From NCBI RefSeq assembly GCF_009914755.1, contig NC_060926.1: a stretch of DNA of 64,000 nt; one strand, written 5' to 3'. Both the position numbers and the translations under genes were made by a program. The DNA is from the human T2T-CHM13v2.0 reference genome, Homo sapiens. Below, piece after piece: positions 27,629 to 41,479 of the stretch; positions within the stretch are counted from its first letter, which is position 1; each line of letters opens with the position of its first letter. Below the pieces are notes generated by a model, which was not told where the DNA came from, ran no database searches, and worked only from the letters and a program-made list of their open reading frames with translations.

Positions 27629-29019
27629 TGTGTAGTTTGAAGTCGGGTAGCATGATGCCAAAAGAGCATGGTACTGGTATAAAAACAGGCACATAGACCA
27701 ATGGAACAGAATAGAGAACTCAAAAATAAAACCACACATCTATAATCATCTGACCTTCGACAAACCTGATGAAAACAAGCAATGGGGAAAGGATTCCCTG
27801 CTTAACAAATGGTGCTGGGAGAACTGGTTAGCTATATGCAGAAAATTGAAACTGGAATCCATTTCTCACCACTTATACAAAAATTTACTCTAGATGGATT
27901 AAAGGCTTAAATGTCAAACCCAAAACTATAAAAACCCTAGAAGAAAATCTGGGCAATACCATTCAAGACATGGGCACAGGCAAAGATTTTATCATGAAAT
28001 CGCCAAAAGCAATTGAGACAAAAGAAAAGATTGATAAATGGGATCTAATTAAACTAAAAAGCTTCTGCAAAGCAAAAGGAACTATCATCAGAATGAACAG
28101 ACAACAAAATGGGAGAAAATTTTTGCAAAATTTCTTAAACAAATTTACAAGAAAAAAAAACATTAAAAACTGGGCAAAGTACATGAACAGCCACTTCTCA
28201 AAAGAAGACATTTATGTGGCCAAGAAACATACGAAGAAAAGCTCAACATCATTGATTATTAGAGAAATGCAAATCAAAACAACAATGAGATACCATCTTA
28301 CACCAGTCAGAATTGTGATTATTAAAAAGTCAAGAAACAACAGATGCTGGCAAGGTTTCAGAGAAATAGGAATGCTTTTACACCATTGCTGCGAATGTAA
28401 ATTTGTTCAACCATTGTGGAAGACAGTGTGGCAATTCCTCAAATATTTACAACTGGAAATACCATTTGACTCAGCATGACTCAGCAATTCCATTACTGGG
28501 AATATACTCAAAGGAATATAAATCATTCGATTATAAAGATACATACACACATATGTTCACTGCAGCACTATTCACAATAGCAAAGTAATGGAATTGTCCC
28601 AAATGCCCATCAATGATAGACTGGATGAAGAAAATTTGGTACATATACAAGATAAAATACTATGCAGCCATAAAAAGGAACCAGATCGTGTCATTTGCAG
28701 GGACGTGGATGAAGCTGGAAGCCATTATCCTCACCAAATTAAAGCAGGAACAGAAAACCAAATACCACATGTTCTCACTTACAAGTAGGAGCTGAACAAT
28801 GAAAACACATGGACACAGGGAGGGAAACAACACACACTGGGACCTGTCAGGGGAGTGTAGAGTGGGGAGAGCATCAGGAAAAAGAGCTAATGTATGCTGG
28901 GCTTCATACCTAGGCCATGGTTTGATAGGTGCAGCAAACCACCGTAGCACACATTTACCTATGTAACAAACCTGCACATCCTGCACGTGTACCCCAGAAC
29001 TTAAAAAATAAAAAACATA
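27629..29019 (+). mobile_element. 5'-truncated L1PA10-12-like element with short 5' inversion
   Basis: ORF2 C-terminal remnant ([28 protein letters not shown]), 3' UTR, A tail; perfect TSD aaaaactataatct at 27615-27628 and 29020-29033. Confidence 0.95.
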
Positions 29020-31184
29020 AAAAACTATAATCTGAAGGAAAATTAACTGGGTTTGAGTTTTATTTGTATTTTTTTGTTTCAAAGTTTTATTATAATGATA
29101 GAAATGGTCACAAATGAAATAATTCATTTCTTCAGGTAAAGAGTATCCTCTTTTGAAAGGCAAATCTTCCTGCTTCTAGAGGAATTCATCTTAGTGAGGA
29201 TTTATGCAATTAGATGACACTTCTTCCTGGTAATTACTTTATGTGGAAGTAAGGAGGGCCATCTTTATGGTGGTGGGAAAGGGCAGGTACATTGCAGAGG
29301 TATAGAAGTTTGAAGTTCATTTTATTTTTATTACGTTTTTATTTTTTCATTTGCACATAACTTATTGTTTAGGAAATTTCACTAGAAAGATCTCTGTCAT
29401 GGAATATCTGCCTAGGGAGTATAGAGAAAAGTATGAGAATCATGGGAACACTGTTTAATCTGGAGATCTCCAGCCTGGACATGAGCCATTATACAACTCA
29501 AGCTTTTATGCTTATCTGATGAGTTATATTTATATCTCAGCTTCACTTCTAAACTTTGAAATTACTTTACTACATAATTTTTGTAGTCCATTGTAGTTCA
29601 TTTTGAAATTTCATCCCTAATGTCTTTTCCAGTTCTGCAATTCTGTGATCTGTCATCTTCTGAACTGGGTATTACATGTTCTCTCTCACACACACCTATG
29701 AGATGATATTTCCAGATGTTTATCTCTTAAGAATGCACTAGCCAACAAGCTTTAAATGATAGACAGGGATGGTTCAAGTACAAAAAGCAGTTTGTTAAGT
29801 ATTAGATTAATAAAAGCGTTTATACAAGTTAATTTTTTTAAAAAAAACAGATGAATAAGTCAATCAAAATCTCAAAAATAATGATTGAATCAGTGCAACT
29901 TCTCTTTCTCAATTTATTAATGAAATATATGCAGACTTCAACATGCATCATGCAAAAATTTACTGAGATGGATAATACAGACATATTGAAATGGATAATA
30001 TCAATGTAAATTTCTGCTAATTCAACTTTTCTTTTGAAAAAAAAAAGAAAACAATTTTATTGCTCTGATGAGTAGATTCAATTAAATCAAATGTCCCCAT
30101 GGGTGTCTTTGAACGGTAGTGATACCTAAACTGGAAAGGAAACGTACCTTTTGAACAATATCCAGGAAATGAATATGTGTCTGTGATGATTTTTAGGACA
30201 AAATAGAAAATATACAACAAAAACTTACACACAAAATATTGGCTTTTTTTTTTTAGGAAAACAAATCAATTATAATTTCTGGAAACTAATCAAATAAAGG
30301 AGCTCACTCCCTTTAGAGTATAATGAGCTTCATTTGTCTTTTGTCCCCAAAATTCTAATTAGATTGTCTTCCATTTTCTCTCTTCCCTTCTCTCCCCTTT
30401 TCTCTCAGGCAGACACAATCTCGATACCCAGGGTATTTTAGGTGTGAGCTGACTTAAATCTTTGTATTTCAAACTGCTTAATCAAGCATAAATGGACACA
30501 GAGTGTTTCATTCTCTTTTAAGAATGTATTATCTCAGCCCAGATGAAATGACTGGCTCTTTCATTCTATACCTCTGTCCCCTTTCTTGCTCTACCTAATT
30601 TCCAAAATAGATTGTGGTTCTTCAAAACAACTTGCTGCAAAGCACATAAAAAAAAACAAAGAGCTTTGTTAATGTTATCTTTATATTATCAGAAGCAATA
30701 ATGTTTCCATTATTTATGACATACCCCACCACACAGAAAATCAATGTTAATAACCAAGGAACACAAAGAAAATCCCTTATTGCTTCGTGTTCACACAGAA
30801 GTTCTAAGACAGAAACAGGCTCAAGTTGTTCCTTAGATCTCCATACTTCTTAGAATCCCTTGACAACATTCTTGTAAGTCATTTTGACATTCAAAAGGAG
30901 ATACATCAAAAAGGTTCTATTTTCAAAATCATTTTCCTTTTTCTTTTACTGACAGTCTAACAACACCTATCACTTCCTACTTACCTCTCACTCTCTTCAT
31001 GTGTTGTCCTCCAAATCTGTGGATAAATCATGTGACATATTCAACCACATAAAAAGGAAAAGAGTCAAGTATTCAAACAGAAAGGGTTGACTGAGCAGGT
31101 GGCCTAAAATCAATCCTAAAATCTACACTCTAGAGAGTAAAATTATATTGGAGTCTGATGTGATATGAATATCAAAATGTAGTA

Positions 31185-31405
31185 ACCAAGGACCTTGGAT
31201 TCAGGACAATTTAGTTCACATTCCATGCCATCCTTTCCTTGATGTGTGATATTCAGCAAATTACCAAGATTCCCTGAGCTGTCTTCTCTATAAATAAGGG
31301 CTACCAGTACCTCCTTTAAAAAGTTACTGTAAAATAAACATGTACCATTAATGTAAGCATATAGTAGACACCTAATAAATGGCAGCAAATATGATTGTTA
31401 GTATT
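31185..31405 (+). mobile_element. MIR
   Basis: tgtgtgatattcagcaaattacc...gcatatagtagacacctaataaatggcagc. Confidence 0.55.
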
Positions 31406-32219
31406 AAAGTTGGCAGTTTAGAGAAAGGAGAGGTCATATAGCTTTTAGACATACTGGTACACGGTAACTCCTTGAAGAATAAATAGGATTTACAGAGTAG
31501 AATGAGGAGGGCATTTCTATCAATTGGTGCACTTAGGAAATTCTAATCATCTATTTCTAATACCATACCCATTATGAGAAGGCACTTGAAAGGTGTTATG
31601 ATAGTCACCCTATTTGCAGCCCACTACCTAGTATCACCGAAATTCATTTTAAAGTATTATTCTTTGTTTAACAGCCAAGAAATGAAATGGGAAAATGATT
31701 TCAATAGTTGTACTTTGTATGTATTCATATTTATGATGGAATTACAAAGAGAAGTAGAAAGTCTTGTCCAAAGAGAAATCATTTTTTAAAATGCTGATCC
31801 TCAAGAACACTTGTGATAAAGGCAGATAATTTTCCTTGCCCATTACACCACTAGAAAGTGTGAATAGTTCATTTGAGCCTGTAAGATTGCTTCCTTTTAT
31901 CCCTGACACAGTATCATTCAATTATGTTCCTAAGTCTGTTGCATTAATTATATCATAAGACTTAATATATTAGCTTATCAAGAACTTCTCAATTTAGGTA
32001 ATGAGAGCTTCCCTGAGAAAAAATACTCAAACTGAAAACTAGTAAATCTACTCATACTCCTCTCTCTTTTCTAGAAAAGGTCATGGGTCATCTTCAGAAG
32101 AGTCCCTAAAATAAGTGATGAGCCAAAATTCATATAAATTTCTTTCAGTCAAAACATAATTACACCGATAATCTACTGAAAATAAAGAACTTTATTTTCT
32201 AAAATGTGTTATATTTGCT

Positions 32220-32400
32220 ATATCTTATGTGACTCAGGGCAAATCTCTGAACTTCTCTGAAGCTTAACCTGTTCTCTTGTTTGTCAGAGTGGGATGAGAG
32301 TAACTGTCCTGCTTCTCCCATAAAGTCTCAATGAGGACAAAAATAAATAATAGATGCGTAAATGCTTTGAAACTATATATCTCTATGCAGATATTATTAT
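32220..32400 (+). mobile_element. MIR
   Basis: tgtgactcagggcaaatctctgaacttctctgaagctt...gtaaatgctttg. Confidence 0.55.
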
Positions 32401-35213
32401 TAAAATCAATATTAAATGGATACGTAAGCCAAAGCAAGCAAGATTAAATGAGGTCACGGGAATTTTTTTAAGGACAAGTAAAAAAGAGACCTTTAAAAAT
32501 AGCAACATAACATGTATTCAATAAATATTTATTGAATAAAAGAATGAATGAATTTTAGTATATAAATAAAACATATTTGAGTAAAAATATCACACATATA
32601 GGTTTTTCAGTCACCTATAAGGTTCCTAATAGTGAAGTTTAAATTGAACATTGTCTTGATAATTTTATTTAAAATAATAAACAGAATATTCATCGTTGAG
32701 CTCACAATATAATATTTTATACTGTAGATAACAGAACCTCTATAACTACTTGTGAAAAGAATACTGAATAAGTGTATGAACAAATTCGTCACTCAAAACA
32801 ACTTCTAATGTAGGAAAAGAAATTTCAAACCTATTTATTTTTAGCAGCCACATTAATAGTGAATTATTACAAACACACCATTTAAAATGCATCAAAAACT
32901 TTCTAGTTGGTAAATATTAAAAATCAGTGTACATGATGCTAAATGGTGGGCACAATCTTTCAAAATGGAATATGAATCTCCTCCCAGAATATTACAACAT
33001 GTTTTTTCGATATTATTGTTTGAATTATATATTTGCATTAACTCTTCCTAGAAGCAATATATGCCTATGGCTGAAATTCAGTTCATTTATGCAATCTCAG
33101 GTAATCTCCTGGAGAATGACATCAAGTATAACCTCTGTTTTGACACAAATAAAAATATAACCAAGTCTTCCTAGTTTTTTCAAGCTAATTTTTCCAAGAG
33201 TGTAAAGAAAGATTCATTCATTAAAATAAGTAGACAAAATTGCTTTTCCATAAAAATAACATACTATTTAATAATGTTATAATATTTAGTTGATACTAAC
33301 AATAATTAATTAATACAAATAATAATTTGTAATATTTGTATTTGCAAATTGCTCCATCATACATCAACATCTCATTCAAGTCACATCAAGGTTATATATG
33401 TGGTACAGGTATTATGTCCAGTTACTCATCCATAAGTGTGAGGTAACATCTGTGCTATTTAATATGCTAAGCCTCAGTTTATTCATGTAAAAACCAAGCT
33501 GAGGTTAATTATGAATAGCATTGGAGATAGATGTACATGAACACATATTTTAAACACTTTCATTAAATTTAACCATGGAAAATATAATGTTCGTGAGAAA
33601 TTATATGTGTTAATACAATAACAGTCTGAATATTTCCTAGTGATGGGTCACATGATCAGAAAATCAAAGGTGCATAAGTCAAATTGGGTATTTATTTTTT
33701 TATTTCATAGAATTGGAGAGTTTAGACCCTTAGCTTAATTATAGGTTTTCACTGTATACAAAAGTGATCCAAAAACCAGATTAATATGTTATTTTTACTA
33801 CATAAACAAGAGATCCAAGCACAGTGCTTATCATTGATCAATTTTGTAAATCAATGAGAATGTGGATAGTTAAGGGTCTGGAGAATTGTTGAGAACAAAG
33901 AGTGAGTATGATATCTTTATTCTTACTCCTTGGCTTCACTTTACACCTCTGTTGATCACTGTTTCCATTTAAGCAGTTGCCTGAAAACAGAACCTACTTT
34001 CATGGTGACAGTTACAAACTCCACAGTTTTACTCTCTGGCCAGAGAAATCTGGATAGATCTTAGATTTCTATAACTGACCTCAGGAGTCCAAGAATTCTC
34101 TGTTTCTTAGTCAATATAGTTCACTTTGCAGCTTAGTCTTTATTTTTTTTTCAATATTTTAACAATATATCTTGCATCTGAGTCATGCGGATTGAGCAAA
34201 AACTTCCATAACTGGAGCAATCCGAATATAGTATTTTGAGAGCAGAAACAGAGATTCAACGTACAACTCATAATCATAAAAATCTAGGAAAGCTTTGTAG
34301 TTCTTCAAAATCTGTGACTGCATGGAACTTAGGAAAGTTCAGCAACAGGAAATGAAGGAAGTTGCCAGTTGTTGTCCAGCAACTAGCAGACAAAACTCTG
34401 GAATTTGTGAATGCCAACACTTCCTTCAATAATAGCAATGCCCCTGATTTTTTTTCAGGCTTCAAGTTGTGTGTGTTATGTGATGTCCTGTCACATCAGT
34501 AGAAAAGTACAATCATGTGACACACCAAAGGCCTGACAAGTTTGGTTCCTATGAATTCTTCAATTTCCAAAACTCCTTGAACTGAGGAAGTGGATAAGCC
34601 AAAACCTTCAAAAATATGTCTACGACCTAAGCGACTCACTATATTTTAAAAAAATCAAACTGCCATAGGAGGTTTCACTTTCTTGTAAATGTCCCCGCCT
34701 GGCAATGGCTAGTAACACAAAGACAATGATGTCTTCCTTCTATACTTTGTGAAAAGGTTTGACTTTTAAGTTTCAGAAAGACAAATTTTCTCATAAATGA
34801 CGCAATGGAAACTGGATTAAAAAGCTGTCTCAGTTGGCTTTAATAAACTACCAAAGTACTTTTGTTTCGTTGTTCCATTCTAGGCAGGGAACACAGCAGG
34901 TTTTAATGGTCAGCTACCACTAAAAAGCTAACAGACTGCATGCAGGCAAAACATTAATCAAAACTGTGAAATAGTTTCCCTTTAGTTCCCTGGATCTCCC
35001 CAATTTGTGCCCTTTCTGCCCTTTTCCACCCTTTAAAAGCTCAACATACCTGAGTTCTCTATACTTTATTTTCTTCTTTTACAGTGGTGCTCACCCTTGA
35101 GAGCATTCATTTTTATATGGAGCCTAGTAGACTTAACCCAAAGGAATTTATGTCTAAATGTGAATTTTTATTGCAAAAAGTAAGTGGGCAGGAGAGGGAC
35201 ATTCTAGAGTTAG

Positions 35214-35710
35214 TGAAGTAGGAGGCAGGATGTAACTGCAGAGGTGGGGCTTAGACACCACACCAAATTGAGGACTAGCTAAAACAGGACCGGGGTGGAA
35301 GCAGATTTCCACAAGACATGCCCACCAGTGCACCATGTAAGTTTACCATTGCCATGGTAACACCCGGGCGTTGCCTCCCCTTTCCATGGCAATGACCTGA
35401 TGACCCCAAGTTACTACTCCTTCCTTAGAAATTTCTGCATAAATTGCCCCTTAATCTGCATGTAATTAAAAGTGGGTATAAATATGACAGCAAAACTGCC
35501 CTGAGCTACTACTCCCTGCCTATAGGGTAGTCCTGCTCTGCAGAAGGAGTCACAGAGCTGTAATACTGCCAGAGCTGTAACACTGCCTCTTCAATAAAGC
35601 TGTTTTCTTCTACCTCCATCTTGCCCTTGAATTCTTTCCTGGGTAAAGCCCTGGAAAGAAAATTCTTTCATGGGCTAAGCTCCACTTTGGGGCTTCCCTG
35701 CCCTGCATCA
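35214..35710 (+). mobile_element. Complete ERV1 solo LTR (MER66-like, MER4 group)
   Basis: TG...CA termini, near-TSD ttag/gtag, TATA-like tataaat, aataaa; accaaattgaggactagctaaaacagg. Confidence 0.8.
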
Positions 35711-36479
35711 GTAGGATCATACTAGCAGCCTTCTACATTTCCTAAGCAGAAGCTTTGAGTAACACCCAAACATAACTAACTCCTATTGTCTAGATTATAA
35801 AGGGCTTGATATCTGTGTATGTTTTTATAAGAGTACCATTTAAAAAAGGATTTAAGATTGTATTTAGGGTTTAACTTCCTAAAGCAATCAGCATGTACAA
35901 AAAGATAAGTTCTGAATATTCATGACATCGTGCTTTCTATAATTTGCAATATCTGAGTTGTAGGTTTTAAAAGACAAGAATGCAGACTTGATTTAGATGC
36001 ATTCATCTCATACAGTCTTCCAAAAGATTGCTTTCCAGCTATTATTTTATCAGTATTCATACTTCTCAGGTTTCATTAATGTGTCTAAACATTTTGTTTA
36101 AGTTCACTTATGTATTTAATGCTCAGGATAATACCGAGTGTGTAATCTATACCATATCTGAAATGATGTGACAAAATTTTCAGTCAAATTCTACAATCCC
36201 CACTCTAACAAGCCTTCTCATTTGCCTCTTATATTCCTTAGCTTAATCTGTACTTTTCTGCCACATAAGGTTTTGCAAGTTTTGCACTGTACTATCAAGA
36301 TGAGCCATTCAGGCATACCAGGCTGTGACTATTTCACATAAATAGCACTTGTTGGGCTTACACAAAGGATAGCCTGCATCCTGACTACAGGTGGTATCAC
36401 TGTGTGCTATCTACTGAGTTTGGGAAGTTCATTAATTTGATTTGCTCATCATTTCATACAAATGATGAAATGTATGAAC

Positions 36480-36790
36480 GCACTTCCATCTTCAATCCCC
36501 ATATCCAATCAATCACTTAATCCTTTCAGTTCTACTTCAAAAGGAGCCTCATATATCTCCCTTTCCTATTTCACTACCTTTATCCAGGCTTCTTCTAACA
36601 GTATCCTGCACCAGCCGTCTAACTAGCTGGATGCCTTACCACCACTTTCTCCCCTATCCAGTCTCTCCTTCCCATTGCTGCTACTTTTCTTGCTGCAATA
36701 TAAAGTTCCTCACTCTCTTGGTTTAAATTTCTTTAGTTGCCTACTTTAGTAAGCAATTAGATAAAATCCAAATTATTTTCCTAAGAGACA
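36480..36790 (+). mobile_element. L2 fragment
   Basis: ccccatatccaatcaatcacttaatcctttcagttctacttc. Confidence 0.6.
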
Positions 36791-36794
36791 ATGT

Positions 36795-37270
36795 TGTCTT
36801 AGTTTGGGTTCTTTCAGAAGCCAAGCCTGAATCAAAGATTCAAGCACAAATCAAACTTTGGTGAGCTCTTTCCAAGAAACAAGGGTAGGGAAATAGAAAA
36901 ATGTAAGAGAGATGAGAAAGCAGTGACAAAGAGTGTGTTATCAATCTAATTACATTTGTTGAATCCTGCTGGGACCCTGGGGACCTTTAGAGAATATGTA
37001 CCTCAAAGTTATTTAGCACAATGGGCAAGGGAACTGGGGTAATAATCCACCAAGTTCAATAATTGGTTGTGGACTATTCTTTGAGGAATGTTAATTCTCC
37101 AGCATTTCTGGCTGCCCCAATTGTAAGCAGAGAAAGTTCCAGGAGGTAAAACCATCAGTCGTGGGTAGTTTGAAATTGAGCCAGCCGTCATGGTATTGTA
37201 AATACAGTACTAAAAAGACATGGGGGAGGGGTGCAAATGAGAGTATGTATCCCAAAGTATCTGCTAATCC
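36795..37270 (-). mobile_element. ERVL LTR, LTR16-like, splitting the L2
   Basis: tgtcttagtttgggttctttcagaagccaagcctgaatcaaagattcaag. Confidence 0.55.
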
Positions 37271-37284
37271 ACCGACATTTAACA

Positions 37285-37495
37285 CCAGGCTACCATTCCA
37301 GCCTCATTACCTTTCACACTCTTATCCAACATCCGTCTTCTGCCTCATGAAACTCACTTCTCTTAGACATGCTAGATATTTTATGATTCCTTGATTATAC
37401 CCAAGCTACTCCTTCTGGCTCCATTCTTTGCCCAGCAAAATCTTTGATTTTAAGGCCCAGCTAAAATATCATCTCTTCACTAATGACTTTGTTCT
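37285..37495 (+). mobile_element. L2 fragment (continuation)
   Basis: ttccagcctcatt...tttaaggcccagctaaaatatcatctcttc. Confidence 0.55.
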
Positions 37496-37784
37496 CAAAT
37501 TTTTAGTTGTTTTTCAAGATCCCAGATTATTGAATTAAGGCTGTGACTTGCAAGATTCCAGAAATCGAGGTAAAATGTAAATCTTTTGACCAGTCATTCA
37601 AATGTTTCCAAGTAGCCACATTTCCTTCTATATTTAAATTTTTTATATATCAACCTGTCATTCTATCATAGTTAAAGTGAGGCTTTAAAACATAACATAT
37701 ATTAGAAATTAGAAAAGTGCCTGGCACATGTTAATCATTATATAATGCCAGCTATTGTTATTTGTTTAATACACTTAAGAAGCA

Positions 37785-37905
37785 ACTGTAAAAGCTTTTT
37801 TAAAAATGCAGACCCCCAGGCCACAAAGCCAGAGATTCTGGTTTAGCAGATGGGCTCCAGGAATTTAGATTTGTAAACAATCACACTACGTGATTCTCTT
37901 GCAGA
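37785..37905. mobile_element. MER5A-like hAT fragment
   Basis: ttaaaaatgcagacccccaggcc...ccagagattctggtttagcag...ccaggaattt. Confidence 0.6.
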
Positions 37906-37917
37906 GCAGTTGATGAT

Positions 37918-38050
37918 AGAATGACCAGACTTTCAGATATGATGTGGACGATTTCATTTTATACCTGTTTTTATGGTTTAATTATCAATAGTGACTCCTT
38001 TCACTTTCAAAAGTGTCCCAGTTTGAACAAAAAATTAAATGGTAACTCTA
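37918..38050. mobile_element. MER94/MER81-like hAT-Blackjack MITE
   Basis: cctttcactttcaaaagtgtcccagtttgaacaaaaaattaaatggtaactct. Confidence 0.6.
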
Positions 38051-40029
38051 TGGACCACATTTTGAGGTTACTGTTCTTTAGAAAAATGATGGCTGACGAT
38101 ATGTATCACAAAATTTTTAGAGAAGTCATTTTCTGACACTTTATATTAAATTGTGTGCAGAAAAGACTCAAGGAAAGACAAGTGATGGCAAAGATTATTA
38201 TGGCAATTTCCCTAGTCACTAAACTATTTCCCGCTGCACAATCCCTGGTGAGTTTAGAGTAGGAGTTAAGAAGGAGCCTGCAGGGAAAGCAACTTTGCTG
38301 TCTCTTGGTGCCTGTTTTGAGTCTGAGTAAGAATGACTCTGCCAAGTATATTAATATTGCTAAATATTATTTTAGAAAAATATGCTGTAAATCCAGATTC
38401 AGACCATTAATGAAAGTGTACAATTTTCAAACATGCCATTTCATATGCAATGTTGATGCAGGCCTTCTCAGCTAAAACCAAGATGATAATGAGTCATGGC
38501 TGGCTTTTCAGTGAGTTACAGCTATTTAAAGTAATGTGGTAATTGGAAGTGACACTGTAGATCTGTGTGTTTATTCTGGGTTGCCATGTTGTGGTTATAG
38601 TGCAAAACCTAGAAATACTGAAAAAACATCAAATGTATGTGTCAAGTTAATTTGCCACTCCTTTTGCCTTAGGCTGATTAGCACAAATTAAATTGGCCAC
38701 TAATAAACTCAAGATGTTATTATAGAAAGCAATATGAAAATGCCACATATGCATTCTGCTGATTATTTTTAAAAAGCCACAAAAATGCATGGCTTCATAG
38801 TTTTATATTTAAACAAATATGAACAGATAGAGACTAGTTTAATACCTTCACCACTTTTGATAAGTACATATTTAAGCATCAGTGCATTATCATATCAAAT
38901 GGAATACTTTATATGTGGATATAATTTTAATAAAATAATCTTTAGAGAAAATTACATTTTTCTTTGTTCAAAATAAAATATACATAGGAAATAAAGTACT
39001 TGTTTAGTAGCATACAATTTGGTGGGGGAGGGTGGTATTGGCACTGACCCTATTTCTACAGACTTCCATATGGACATGCTTCTTGATAAGTTTATAGGTA
39101 AGGACATAGATGGGCTAGAGAGTGGTTCCTGAAATAAGAAATTATAGGAAGAAATATTTATATGGAACTGAAAATATCATAAGAGGGAAAGGAAGTTCAG
39201 TTATTTTTTCTCAGAGAGAAAAGGAGTTTTAAAAAAGAAAAGAAATGAAGGAAGAAAGACTGGACCAAAAAAACCCAAAACAAAATAAAACAAACTTAGC
39301 AAGATGACTAATTTCACTTCTATGTGAGAGTTGATAGGAAACTGGGAAAGGATATTGAGTAACATTGAGTCTATTCATTTGGTGGCCCTATTAACACAGC
39401 TTAAAACTAGATACACGGCAGGGAGAAATGATACTTACAAAATTATATAAATGTACCATTTTAGTCTACTCAGAAATCTATAATAATGTTAGAGACTGAT
39501 TTATATTCCCAAATCTTTCACTTATTCTTTGTACACTTTTAGATAGGCAATTTGGAAAAACAAATTAGTGATATCAAGATTACTTTTCTAATGAAGGTAG
39601 TGGAGGACCCTTGGGATCTCAAAAGAGAAGCTGGGTATGTAGCTAATCATTGGTGCTATTAAAATAATATTTTATTAAATTTTGTAATGCAGCTCAAGGC
39701 AACCAAAATAATATCATGTCAGAGTATTAAAACTGATGATAAACAATTAAGAACCAAATTCCTTATATATTTTGCAAAGAGCCTAAATTTTAAAATATTA
39801 AAAGCAAAAAAACTTTTCCAATATTTGTATTTAAACAGAAAAGGGAATTATGTAACCTTCATAATATGGTTCTTAAAATTTATAAAGTAACTGTATTTTT
39901 AAAATAAATTGAGTTATTTTAACTTTGATCCAGGAAATTGTAAAAATTGTACATACCAAAGGGCAACATTTACAATATAAGTATTACCAGAAGTAATAAC
40001 TTAAACAGTGGCATGGAAGCCATTTTAGG

Positions 40030-40270
40030 TATTAGTTAAAATTGGAGGCTCTAAGGTCATGGAGACCTTAGTTTAATTTAATATAATCTCTGCTACTTAT
40101 TAGCTATTTGATCTTTGGTAAATTATTTAACAGTTCTGAGTTTGAGTTTACTCATGTGTAAAATAGAGATATTAATACCAAATTACGCTGTGAAGATTCT
40201 ATAATGAAATAGTATAAGGAAAATACTGAATGCCACAAAAATTGTAGCAGGAAATCTCAATAAATCATAA
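40030..40270 (+). mobile_element. MIR
   Basis: ctctgctacttattagctatttgatctttggtaaattatttaac...ctcatgtgtaaaatagagat. Confidence 0.7.
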
Positions 40271-41479
40271 TCAAAAATGAATCATTATGCTTCCTCATTT
40301 AACTACAGAAGAAAACACAACCCTTTAAACAATTGCAGATTTAATGAAGTGTAGACCCAAAGTCTTATTTCTTGTCTCTTAAAATCAGTAGGGGTTATGA
40401 GCAAGTCTGAAGATAGTATACTTCCCACTGGTTGTATACATAATAAAGATAATTACCCATATTAAAAAAAACCCTTTGTGTCAGCTTACTAATCTGTGTT
40501 TCTTCTTATTTTTATATGTCCCTTCAGAGAGACTTCTCTGCAGGGAATATCAATTATGCATTTTCCCTACCTTTACCTACATTCACTTTGTGTGAAAGCA
40601 GACAATTAGTTCTACTTTTGACTATTAAATTACTCTAATGGACAAAATATATAAAAAGGAAATAAATATCTAATAAGTCAATATGGCTTTATTAGCTGAC
40701 ATTTTGTTAGTTTTCTCTATTTTCTTACCTTACAAAGGATTAAAAAGGAATAGTGGTTATGATTCCCAGCTAATGGACAAAGCAAAAACTATCCTTTAGA
40801 CATAATAATTGATGGGAAAATGAAATCAAAGTGATCCGTACAATAATTTTACTCATTGACTACTTCAGAAAGCTCCTAAGTGATCAAAATTATAGTCATG
40901 TATTTCTTTATAGAAATAGATAATGGGAGTACATAAACTTAACAGTTAATAACATTAGTTGGGGTATGGAAATTAATAAAAGCTTGGGGGAAACAGCTTT
41001 AGTTTAACAAATGTTAGTTTCTTTTTTATCCATATAGTCAAGATTCTTTAGCCTTTTTCTCTTATATCATAGTCACAACTGATACATTTAGAAACGTAAA
41101 TGACTTGGAAAAGATCCACTGATTTTTCTCTCATTTGATTATAAGAAATATATGTGAGACTGGTGCAAAAATGCTAAGCCAATGGGATGGTTTCACTGGA
41201 ACAAAGTGAATGTCCACCTTTTTCAAAATTCAGTTTGTGTGGAAATTTTTAGGAAATGACTCCATGAAAATTAGGTTATGTTAATTCCTTGCTGATTCAT
41301 TATTTCCCGCTGACAAGCAGTAGGAAAATATCTTAGATAATAACTTAGATAGAGGCACCATATACGATGATGTTCATTCAGAGGCTAATAGTTTAATAAC
41401 AGAGAACATAAATCAATGCAATTCTCCTCTTTGAGAAACACTATTAAAAGAGTAGTCTCTCTAAAATTCAAGCCTGTGT

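Noticed and set aside
30061-30195. TGATGA motifs suggesting a C/D snoRNA
   Set aside because: No correctly placed CTGA D box with a terminal stem.
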